Of a DNA stretch of 39,805 bases, positions 8,354-16,288 are shown in pieces. The notes under the pieces were generated by a model that searched no databases, was not told the origin of the DNA, and was given only the letters and a program-made list of their open reading frames with translations. The DNA is taken from positions 1-39,805 of IMG/VR virus record IMGVR_UViG_3300030433_001707; one strand, written 5' to 3'. This DNA comes from a virus (lineage: Duplodnaviria > Caudoviricetes). The position numbers and the translations under genes were made by a program. The stretch's first letter is position 1. Each line of letters opens with the position of its first letter.

Positions 8354-9059
8354 TTTTCTTCCCCAGCTTCTCCTTGATCTTCTTGATCGCCTTCTTGACC
8401 GTAGGCTTGACTGCTTTGAGCAGAAAATCGCCTAACGGTTTGGCGAAGATGGCAGCCGTCGTCGCCACAGCCGCAATCGTCGCAGTCGTTGTGACAATAG
8501 GCGCACCAGGAAGATAATTCCCGATGATGCTTGGTATTCCAAGCGGCTCATAGATCGCCTCGCACTTACCGTCATCAGTTCTTTCGTAACCAATGATGAC
8601 AGCTGTTTGCGATTTGTTTTTAGCACCTAAAGGAATTGCGTCAGGTGGAGGACATGGCAATTCCGTGACTACCTTTGAGATGTCAGGAACGCCACCTGAT
8701 GCCAAGGGAGACTTCGGCGGCTGGTTGCCAAGGTCAGCCGCTTTTTCTGTGTCTAAATCAAGTGCTGGAACCTTTGCTGCTCCAGGGGGCAAAATCCCAG
8801 GCGTAAAATCAGGCGCATTGAACGAAGGCATCTCCGCTCCACACACAACGATGTTGCCTCGTGGATCATCGGTGTAAGCACTTTCGTTTCCAGGTTGTGC
8901 GTTTCGTGTCTCGACACAACCCGGTATGTTTGCCACCGGAAAGCCAAGATCCAACGTCACTGGCGGAGCTTCCGGAATACTCTGTGGTGGCATTGCACGC
9001 CATGCAGGAATCTCTGGAACGGAGATACCTTGCACCCCAATCTCAGGAATTTCAGGCAT
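8298..9059 (-). CDS. Pro-rich membrane protein with C-terminal TM and basic tail (253 aa)
   Basis: Probable start MPEIPEIG at 9059; two Cys pairs; TM IVTTTATIAAVATTAAIFA; Lys/Arg-rich C-terminus. Confidence 0.75.
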   Translation of the reverse strand: MPEIPEIGVQGISVPEIPAWRAMPPQSIPEAPPVTLDLGFPVANIPGCVETRNAQPGNESAYTDDPRGNIVVCGAEMPSFNAPDFTPGILPPGAAKVPALDLDTEKAADLGNQPPKSPLASGGVPDISKVVTELPCPPPDAIPLGAKNKSQTAVIIGYERTDDGKCEAIYEPLGIPSIIGNYLPGAPIVTTTATIAAVATTAAIFAKPLGDFLLKAVKPTVKKAIKKIKEKLGKKTKVESVWQRRKFQRSLRK

Positions 9060-9378
9060 GAAGTCAGAACGGTTTACAGCAGGCAAAGAGCTTTGGATTG
9101 AGCGCAACCGCAGAAGGGAAGGCCCGCCTGTTGTTTACACCGTAATGTCAGGCAAAACAGCAAGACTGTTCACCGACCCAAAAGCCATCCTCAAATTCGT
9201 TAAGTGGCCAAAGAGCACTCCAACTGGTGACGCTCTACGCGAATGGCTCAAATCCTTTGAGGAAAAACCACAAACACCCGCGCCAGAACTTGATATGGCA
9301 AAAATCAAGGCTGAAGGCTTCGGACCGGAAGCACATGACGATGATGACCCAACTGCCAACACCAAGATGGTGACTTAA
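9058..9378 (+). CDS. Hypothetical protein (106 aa)
   Basis: ATG 9058: MKSERFTAGKELWIER. Fills the gap between two minus-strand genes. Confidence 0.65.
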   Translation: MKSERFTAGKELWIERNRRREGPPVVYTVMSGKTARLFTDPKAILKFVKWPKSTPTGDALREWLKSFEEKPQTPAPELDMAKIKAEGFGPEAHDDDDPTANTKMVT

Positions 9379-9599
9379 GAGCTGAGCTTGTCGATGGCGC
9401 GGTTCAAATACCAAGCAGCCTTCTGCAGATCTTGCATTGTGTTGCCTTTATGCCAAGCCCTCAGCAAATACTTCAACGTCTGGCCAACCAGATAGCCGGT
9501 TACAGCGTCAGGCGCTCCAGCAACAACATCCTCAATCACTTCGATCGCTTCGACGCGACCTTGTTTGTAGTGGGACGGATGATTGACCTGATCGCTCAT
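9375..9599 (-). CDS. DUF3310 protein (T7 gp1.7-like nucleotide kinase family)
   Basis: DQVNHPSHY..G.VEAIEVI...GQTLKYLLRAWHKG...DLQKAAWYL signature. Confidence 0.9.
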   Translation of the reverse strand: MSDQVNHPSHYKQGRVEAIEVIEDVVAGAPDAVTGYLVGQTLKYLLRAWHKGNTMQDLQKAAWYLNRAIDKLSS

Positions 9600-9829
9600 G
9601 GAAGCTTGATTGGCAGAGCCGGGCCGGTAGTAGTTGGCAACTCTGGCATCACCTCGTCAATCTGACCAGGGATCATCTCAGTGATCATTCCAGTCAGCTC
9701 ACCCTTCAGTTCATTGACGTAATGCTTGGTCAATGATGGGATACGCGTGTAAAGCGCCACCGTTCCAAACACCATGCTCGCTGACATCACGAAGGATGCG
9801 GCGGACATCACATTGAAGATCCTTTGCAT
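9596..9829 (-). CDS. N-terminal TM protein with Pro-rich C-terminus
   Basis: MQRIFNVMSAASFVMSASMVFGTVALY TM segment; PELPTTTGPALP end. Confidence 0.75.
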   Translation of the reverse strand: MQRIFNVMSAASFVMSASMVFGTVALYTRIPSLTKHYVNELKGELTGMITEMIPGQIDEVMPELPTTTGPALPIKLP

Positions 9830-9834
9830 AGCAA

Positions 9835-9872
9835 GAAAAAACCCCCTCCTGCTGTGTGAGACCAGGAGAGGG
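9835..9872 (-). terminator. Intrinsic terminator after the outer-membrane protein gene
   Basis: Minus strand CCCTCTCCTG-loop-CAGGAGGGGG followed by TTTTTTC. Confidence 0.7.
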
Positions 9873-9898
9873 CAGTATGGCGTCAGCTACAAATTAGC

Positions 9899-10261
9899 TC
9901 AAAAGCTGTACTTCATGCCAAGTTTGGTTCCAACTGAAAACTCATCGCCAGTGATGCCGCTGAGTTCTCCGTAGACGCTGACGCTATCGGCAACAGCGAC
10001 AGAGCCGCCAAACTTGCCAGCAAATTCGACTTCCTGATCTTCACCGTCAGGCATGACGATTGCAGGACCGCCTTGGATGTAATAGCTGTAGGCGCCAGAG
10101 CCACCTTCATAACCAACATCCAGGTTCAGCGTTCCACCAAGCCAATCGTCGCCATAAGCGCCGCCATTGAACTCAGGGTTCACATAAACGTCTGCGAGAG
10201 CAGGAGATGCCAGCGCAGCTGCTGAAACGGCGACACCACTCGCAATGAGAGTTTTGATCAT
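9899..10261 (-). CDS. Small outer-membrane beta-barrel protein
   Basis: Signal peptide ending PALA-D; amphipathic strands (LNLDVGYEG, YSYYIQGG, VSVYGELSG); C-terminal KYSF BAM signal. Confidence 0.8.
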   Translation of the reverse strand: MIKTLIASGVAVSAAALASPALADVYVNPEFNGGAYGDDWLGGTLNLDVGYEGGSGAYSYYIQGGPAIVMPDGEDQEVEFAGKFGGSVAVADSVSVYGELSGITGDEFSVGTKLGMKYSF

Positions 10262-10272
10262 TGGAAGAAGAA

Positions 10273-10398
10273 TTAACGTTTTCCTTGTCCACGATACTTC
10301 TTGCGTCCATGGGACGGTTTCGAATGTGATCCATCACCTTGACGTGTCTTTTTCGGCTTGCTAGGGACAAAGTTTTGCCCGTTCAATGACTTAGCCAT
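10273..10398 (-). CDS. Small basic protein (41 aa, KKYRGQG motif)
   Basis: Not in the track. MAKSLNGQNFVPSKPKKTRQGDGSHSKPSHGRKKYRGQGKR*; TGATG overlap with the upstream gene. Confidence 0.75.
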   Translation of the reverse strand: MAKSLNGQNFVPSKPKKTRQGDGSHSKPSHGRKKYRGQGKR

Positions 10399-10589
10399 CA
10401 GATCCCGTCAGTTGTATCCAGCAGTGAATACTTGTTGCTCAAACCAGTAAACAAGCCACGCTGAGGATGGGATGCTTGGTCGCGACCATCAAGGAAATAC
10501 AGCTCTTCCAGCCATAGCGTTCGAGCAGCCATTGCCTGCACGTCTTGCGCTCCAGGCTTAGCGGCGATCATCGGGTCAGGGCGTTTCAT
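10398..10589 (-). CDS. Conserved phage hypothetical protein
   Basis: LYFLDGR...HP..GLFTGL motif; coupled overlaps on both sides. Confidence 0.75.
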   Translation of the reverse strand: MKRPDPMIAAKPGAQDVQAMAARTLWLEELYFLDGRDQASHPQRGLFTGLSNKYSLLDTTDGI

Positions 10590-10666
10590 CGTTCAGCAGA
10601 CATAGAAAGAAGCGCCCAGCCCATTACGAGCAGGACGCCAGTTGCGATTCCAGCGAGAAATGTCAC
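10586..10666 (-). CDS. Single-TM microprotein (26 aa)
   Basis: Not in the track. GTG start: MTFLAGIATGVLLVMGWALLSMSAER*; GTGA and ATGA overlaps at its two ends. Confidence 0.6.
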   Translation of the reverse strand: MTFLAGIATGVLLVMGWALLSMSAER

Positions 10667-10980
10667 CAGGGCGTCCCCTTGCCAGTGGTCGGAGTGCGCT
10701 TCTCAGTCAGCTGTGCATCCAAGGCAGCGTGGATCTCTTCCACCTTTGTTGCACCACCAAGCTTTTCTTGCAACCAAGAAATGGCTTGAGCTTCAGTCAC
10801 GGCGTCATAAGCAACCATGTCTTCAGGATCAGGTGCATCGAGACCGATTGAGCCATACGCACCAGCGGAATACACACCGTCTTCAGTTACGGCTGACACC
10901 GTGTAATGGAGCGTGGTGATAACGCCAGTTTCAAGAACTCGATCGCATTGACCGACTTTCCAGGTGTAGGTGTTAGCCAT
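10663..10980 (-). CDS. Tail-fibre-associated protein
   Basis: TYTWKV...GAYGSIGL...YDAVTEAQAISWL...GTPW pattern, immediately downstream of the tail fibre. Confidence 0.75.
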   Translation of the reverse strand: MANTYTWKVGQCDRVLETGVITTLHYTVSAVTEDGVYSAGAYGSIGLDAPDPEDMVAYDAVTEAQAISWLQEKLGGATKVEEIHAALDAQLTEKRTPTTGKGTPW

Positions 10981-11044
10981 GGTGAAAGAAACTCAGGATT
11001 AGTGTAAGCGTGGTTGCCCCGCTGTGACACGGGGCGGTTAGCCG

Positions 11045-14000
11045 TTACTCAGCCTCAAGGGCTGCAACTTTGGTTTCAAGCGTTTCGATCTTGGCAATTG
11101 CTTCTTTAAGTGCGGCTGTCAGCAGTGGCACCAATTTGGCTTGGTCAATGCCTTGATAAACGGGGTTGTCATCATCATCAACTTCGTTGTGCGCACCAGT
11201 AACTGCTTCTGGTACAACAGTTTGCGCCTCATGAGCAAGGAAGCCATCAACAGTTCTATCAGCGTCAACAATGAAGTTGAAACGTTTTGGCGCAAGTTGC
11301 TTGACGCGATCAATAGCGCCAGACAAGTCAACAACGTTTTCTTTTAGGCGGTAGTCAGATGAGGTGTTATACGAAGTTGATGAAGTAGTAACAGCAATAT
11401 TGCCGACCAAAGCTTCAGTGGAGCTGTAAAACACAACAGCAGAAGCACTGCCAGCGTAAGTATTTTTAAGTACCAAACCATTTTGGCTTAAACCGTTATA
11501 CGCCCAAGAAACCTGGCCTGATCCAATAGTTGAGGTGCTGTTAATCGATACATAACCACCTGAGTGAATACGCATCCGCTCCGTACTGCTAGTGCTAAAC
11601 GTAATAGTTTTTGCAGCCGAAGAGTGATTTGCACCATGAATTTGGATGTTTGCTGAACCACTACCACCACCACTTAAGTGCAATGCTGCTGCGTTATATT
11701 GGTTAGCAATAACATTGAATGTTGAAGAGCTTGAGCCCATCAAAAGCTGGCCCGAGCTGTCGATTCGCATCCGCTCGCTTGAATTTACTGTAAAAAGTAA
11801 ATCATGACCCAAGCCGTTGTATCTAATTTCCCCAGGAAAAGTAGAACCATCTTCGCTAAAACGAACTCTTGCGGATTCATTAGTATCACATACAATATCT
11901 AAGAATGTATGCTCACTACCCGAAGCACTATTTTTAATTACTAATGCTGTTGCAGAATCTGCAAATGAAGTTGTATTTATACCAACGCGCCCCGAGCTGT
12001 CGATGCGCATCCGCTCACTGTCGTTGTTTGTGTAAAACTGAATGCTGCCATTTGTACTGGCTGCGTGAATGCCAATATCGTTAATCTCACTGCCGGTAGG
12101 ATTAGAGCTAATCCGTGTATTAGCGGTAGCAGTCGTGCTGTTATACAAAGAAAGAACACCGCCAGTTGTCCCGTTAGTAACGGCTAAAACTTGACGACTT
12201 CCAAAGGCAACTGCATTTGTGGTGCCAATCAGTATGCGCCCAGAGCCGTCGATCCTGAGTCGCTCTGTGCCACCAGTGACAAAGCGCATATAGTCGCCAT
12301 TGTGGCTGTATTCCAAGGAACCTATGTAACTTCCAGCGCCACTTGTTGCGTCACCAAACCACAAAGCACCGCTGCCCGCTGTTCCTGACAGAAGAGTTAT
12401 TTCGGAAGAGTCTGAACCATTACCAATACTTAGTGTTTTGCCAGTCAGAATGTTGTAAGGAGACGAGCTGCCGATGCCAACGCGCCCCGAGCTATCAACA
12501 ACAACGCGCTGCGTGCCGCCAGTTGTAATTGAAACCTCATCAGCTGCACTGAAGTACAGACCAGTGTTCGTATCGGTGCCGCTATAGAAACTTGGAGCGG
12601 ATGCACTGCCAGCAGGGAACTTGACCTTGCCGTCTGCACTGATAACGCCAGCAACGCCCAGCGTTGAATCAAGCGTTGCCGCTCCAGTGACATCCAACGT
12701 CCCAGGGACATCGACATTGCTGGTGAACTCAACGCCCGTTCCAGCAGCATCAGTCTGCAGCAGTTGACGTGCAGTGCCGTTCGCCAGCTTGCTAACTGCA
12801 ATCTCTGCACTGGAGCTGATGTCTGCGTTGGCAATCGTGCCATCGAGAATCATCGTGCTGGTGACTGTTCCCGTATCTCCGGATGAAACAAGGGTTCCCG
12901 AGACATTGGGCAACGACAACGACCGATCAGCCGTTGGGTCAACAACTGTCAGCGTGGTTTCAAAGTCGTTAGAGGTTGCACCCTCAAACGTCATCACGGC
13001 GTCTTCGCCTAGTGCAACCGTGCCGGTAAATGTCGGACTGGCTTTTGGCGCCTTCTCAGTATCAACTTCTTCAATCGCACCTTGGACGTTTGTTGATGCG
13101 ACTCCTCCAGCAGGACTGAATCCAATGTTTGATGCCTGCTGCGCAGTCACCGTGTCTGAAACGTCAATTTCCGTATATGCAGTGCCAGTAGACAGCAGGA
13201 AGTCAGGCGGATTTAAGGCGACTGTTGGTGCAGGTGATGTGCCGGTGCCTGCTTCACTAACAATGACGTAGTGACCCTTGTTTGAAGTAGAAGCTGCAGG
13301 CAGTGCCGCACCAACGGTGTAACCAACAGCAGTACCTTCAGCAGTTACCGTGGCAACAAGGTTGGTACTGGCGTTATACGTTCCAGCAAGAACAATCTCA
13401 CCAACGCTGATGCCGATCGGCTGCCAAACGTTGCCGTCATACAAAAACAGGTCGCGGGTGATGCTGTTTAGATGCAGCTGACCAATGAAGTCGCCAGTGG
13501 TCGGCGTGATCTCGGCAATGGTTGCTGTTGATTTATCGCCTAACTTGTCTGCGGTGACTGCATCGTCAGCAATACGCGCTGTCGGGAAAGTTCCCGTAGT
13601 GACCTTCGCTGTATCAAGGTCCGGGATGTCAGAAGCACTCAGGCTCGTACCAGAAGTGACGTGACCCTGCGCATCAAATGTGATCTTGGTGTTAGTCGCA
13701 CCAGTCACCGCATTGCTGTGATTGATGGCGCCAGCAGAGCCCATGGTTAAGCCACTGCCAGGCTTAACACCACCAATCGCACCAGCTGTTGCTTCAGGCA
13801 GATCTGCAGCCGTAATGTCCCGACCTGCAGTAATCAGACCCTTTGAGTTGAACTGAACAGCCTGATAGGTGCTGCTGTTTGCAGTGACATCATTGGCAAT
13901 CTCAATGGTGTCAAGGTCCATCCGCAGACCTTCACCGTTGACGATCACACCGCCTTTCGTTGAAGTTGTAGGAGTCGGAAGATCCGATCCAACCAATGCG

Positions 14001-14569
14001 CGATAACCAACCGCACCAGCAGCACCAGTAGGACCACCAAGGAATTGCGCAGCTGCAGTGGTGTTATCCAGCGTTGCGCTAATCGTTACGGTGTCACCGC
14101 TGGTAGAAGCAACGATGTTGATCTCACCAGTCGTGCTGCCATTAACGACGTTGATCGAGCCAGCACCTTTGACTGAATCCCAGGCAGACCCATCCCAGAT
14201 ATAGATCTTGTCATCATCTGTATCCAGCGCGATCTGACCCGTAAACGCACCAGATGCAGGCAGCGTTGAAACCAACGTGACGCTGGAGTTATCAGCCAAC
14301 TTGGCTGCCGTCACAGCCGAATCATTGATTTTCGCAGTTTCAACCGCAGACGCCGCTAGTTCTGCAGTGTCAATCGCCCCAGCCGAAAACAGAATCTTTG
14401 CGCTGGGGATGGTTGCGTCAGAAATGATCGTGACGCCATTTGCGATCAGATCACTGACCGTCAGCTTCTTAGTTTCACTGGCGCTGTCGTCAACAACGGC
14501 AACAACGTCTGCTGCGACCAGATCAGCCCCAGCGAGGCTGTTAAGGGCACTGATCTTAAGGTCAGCCAT
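11045..14569 (-). CDS. Tail fibre with C-terminal intramolecular chaperone (peptidase S74)
   Basis: MADLKISAL N-terminus; AVTAAKLA repeats; five ERMRIDSSG-type repeats; SDYRLKEN autocleavage motif; C-terminal coiled coil. Confidence 0.9.
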   Translation of the reverse strand: MADLKISALNSLAGADLVAADVVAVVDDSASETKKLTVSDLIANGVTIISDATIPSAKILFSAGAIDTAELAASAVETAKINDSAVTAAKLADNSSVTLVSTLPASGAFTGQIALDTDDDKIYIWDGSAWDSVKGAGSINVVNGSTTGEINIVASTSGDTVTISATLDNTTAAAQFLGGPTGAAGAVGYRALVGSDLPTPTTSTKGGVIVNGEGLRMDLDTIEIANDVTANSSTYQAVQFNSKGLITAGRDITAADLPEATAGAIGGVKPGSGLTMGSAGAINHSNAVTGATNTKITFDAQGHVTSGTSLSASDIPDLDTAKVTTGTFPTARIADDAVTADKLGDKSTATIAEITPTTGDFIGQLHLNSITRDLFLYDGNVWQPIGISVGEIVLAGTYNASTNLVATVTAEGTAVGYTVGAALPAASTSNKGHYVIVSEAGTGTSPAPTVALNPPDFLLSTGTAYTEIDVSDTVTAQQASNIGFSPAGGVASTNVQGAIEEVDTEKAPKASPTFTGTVALGEDAVMTFEGATSNDFETTLTVVDPTADRSLSLPNVSGTLVSSGDTGTVTSTMILDGTIANADISSSAEIAVSKLANGTARQLLQTDAAGTGVEFTSNVDVPGTLDVTGAATLDSTLGVAGVISADGKVKFPAGSASAPSFYSGTDTNTGLYFSAADEVSITTGGTQRVVVDSSGRVGIGSSSPYNILTGKTLSIGNGSDSSEITLLSGTAGSGALWFGDATSGAGSYIGSLEYSHNGDYMRFVTGGTERLRIDGSGRILIGTTNAVAFGSRQVLAVTNGTTGGVLSLYNSTTATANTRISSNPTGSEINDIGIHAASTNGSIQFYTNNDSERMRIDSSGRVGINTTSFADSATALVIKNSASGSEHTFLDIVCDTNESARVRFSEDGSTFPGEIRYNGLGHDLLFTVNSSERMRIDSSGQLLMGSSSSTFNVIANQYNAAALHLSGGGSGSANIQIHGANHSSAAKTITFSTSSTERMRIHSGGYVSINSTSTIGSGQVSWAYNGLSQNGLVLKNTYAGSASAVVFYSSTEALVGNIAVTTSSTSYNTSSDYRLKENVVDLSGAIDRVKQLAPKRFNFIVDADRTVDGFLAHEAQTVVPEAVTGAHNEVDDDDNPVYQGIDQAKLVPLLTAALKEAIAKIETLETKVAALEAE

Positions 14570-14614
14570 GAAACCCTACGCATGAACCACGATGGGTTCA
14601 TCATAGAGGCGCAA

Positions 14615-15481
14615 TCATTGGTGTTCCAGAGCGATTGCGTCGGCTACGCCCTGCTCTAACAGCAGTTCATCTGTTGTTTCCTGCAGCAGCTTGCCTGGCG
14701 TCTCAAGGTTCATCCGCAACTGGATCGTTCCAGTGCTAATGAAATCTGCTTGGATCTGCACCGTGTTGTCTGGAGCGAACTGAACAGCGCAACCAGTCAA
14801 AACTCCAGTGAACTCATAAAAAACCTCGTCGTTATCGTTAGCAGCTGCTCCACCAGGATTGTGAGTTGTGCGCTTGATATAAAAACGAGCCTTAAATTGA
14901 CTGCCGACCCGAGTGCGTAATGACAACTCGACAAGATAATTTGGCAGCTCTTGGCTGGTGTTACCTGTATATTCCCAGAAACAAGACATCCGGCCTGAAC
15001 CAGACATCAAGGTGCTGATCCTGCTGCGAAACTCCTCAGACAGAGCAGTCGTGTCTACCGTTTCACGTTCTGTGTTCAGCTCAAATCCGTTGACTTGCGC
15101 CAGCACCAAGTAACTAGCATTCTCAACGCGAACTCGAATGGGCAGATCATTTCCAGGCGTAGCAAGCGTAGTGGCGTTTGCCGTTCCACCATTCACTGCA
15201 TTAGCAAAAGAGTCGTAAAGCCTGATGCCGTCTAGCTCGTCAACGTGAATAAACTTCTTGACGCTAGTTTTTGTGTAGCTGTCGATGAAATCAAGCGCCG
15301 TTCCATCGGTGCTCGTAATCTCAATCTGATCGCCACTAATTAGCTGGCCGTGCTCAAAGTCAAAGCTAAAACGCTTGGCTGTGGCATTAACGTCTGACGG
15401 ATTGATCGTAGACCTCAGTTCACCACCATCAAACTGCCGTTGCAGTTCGATCTCTCCAAACGTGCCAAGATAAACACTCAT
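14615..15481 (-). CDS. Tail protein with a tail-tube-like C-terminal domain
   Basis: LAQVNGFELNTERETVDTTAL...SGSG motif shared with the 15478 and 30318 proteins. Confidence 0.7.
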   Translation of the reverse strand: MSVYLGTFGEIELQRQFDGGELRSTINPSDVNATAKRFSFDFEHGQLISGDQIEITSTDGTALDFIDSYTKTSVKKFIHVDELDGIRLYDSFANAVNGGTANATTLATPGNDLPIRVRVENASYLVLAQVNGFELNTERETVDTTALSEEFRSRISTLMSGSGRMSCFWEYTGNTSQELPNYLVELSLRTRVGSQFKARFYIKRTTHNPGGAAANDNDEVFYEFTGVLTGCAVQFAPDNTVQIQADFISTGTIQLRMNLETPGKLLQETTDELLLEQGVADAIALEHQ

Positions 15482-15912
15482 GAGATCGTAACGGTAGACA
15501 GCTCTCCAGTTCCCTGGAACGCAATCTCAGCTCGCACAATATCGCCAGTTGTCGCTCCAATAGACGCACTGGTGATATAAGCCGTCAGCTTGATGTCGTT
15601 GTTATCCGTTCCATCAACCCAACGGAAGGTCAGCTCAACCGTATCCGTGCTGCTAACACCAGTAGAACCAGTCTTGTAGAGCTTGTTCAGCAGGTTGGTT
15701 GTGTTAATGCTGTTGCTGTCATCCTTGTAGTACAGCAACGTGGCACTGCCGCTATAACCAGACACTCCAGGTGTATAGCTGCGAATGTTATCGCTCAGCG
15801 TTGTAACTTCAAGCGTTTCTAAATTTGCCGACAGCTGAAAGTTGACGACCTTGGCAAGGGTCGTCCCAGCAAGCTGCATTACGCCATCTCTGCCGGTGTA
15901 GACCTTTGCCAT
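15478..15912 (-). CDS. Tail-tube-like minor tail protein
   Basis: YTGRDG...LAKVVNFQLSANLETLEVTTL...SGSATLLY. Confidence 0.75.
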   Translation of the reverse strand: MAKVYTGRDGVMQLAGTTLAKVVNFQLSANLETLEVTTLSDNIRSYTPGVSGYSGSATLLYYKDDSNSINTTNLLNKLYKTGSTGVSSTDTVELTFRWVDGTDNNDIKLTAYITSASIGATTGDIVRAEIAFQGTGELSTVTIS

Positions 15913-16286
15913 CAGAGCACACCAATCAGATTGACTGTAACAGTGCTAAGTCCTGGACGCACGCTGGCGATCTGCGGTGGTGACTCGTATCTCCACTCAT
16001 TCGTTCCAGATGCTTGCAGCGCATCAGCCGTTCCAGTCCATCCATCAAGGGCTGCAGTCGGCAGATCAAATGTCGAATAACTGCCCTTCACTTCGTCAAA
16101 GTGATCGAGGAAAAGCTCAGCATTCGCGTCCGTTACGTTCGCAAAGCTAAGGCTCAACTTCATCTTGGTGCGTTGATTCCCGTAAAGGATCCGCACCTCA
16201 GCGCCTGACTGCGCATTGAACGTCTTGATCGGATAGTCGCCAGAGTCAAACTGACGACCGGTTGGAGTGAGTGAAGGGAAAGCCAT
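15912..16286 (-). CDS. Minor tail protein (distal-tail-like)
   Basis: MAFPSLTPTGR...LSLSFANV...WRYESPP; tail-tip gene context. Confidence 0.7.
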   Translation of the reverse strand: MAFPSLTPTGRQFDSGDYPIKTFNAQSGAEVRILYGNQRTKMKLSLSFANVTDANAELFLDHFDEVKGSYSTFDLPTAALDGWTGTADALQASGTNEWRYESPPQIASVRPGLSTVTVNLIGVL

Positions 16287-16288
16287 GA

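Noticed and set aside
11016-11035. GC hairpin after the tail fibre as a terminator
   Set aside because: No U-tract on the coding strand; more likely a stabilising hairpin or recombination joint.
11560-12510. Diversity-generating retroelement in the tail fibre
   Set aside because: No reverse transcriptase gene, and the repeats are short rather than a TR/VR pair with adenine-specific mismatches.
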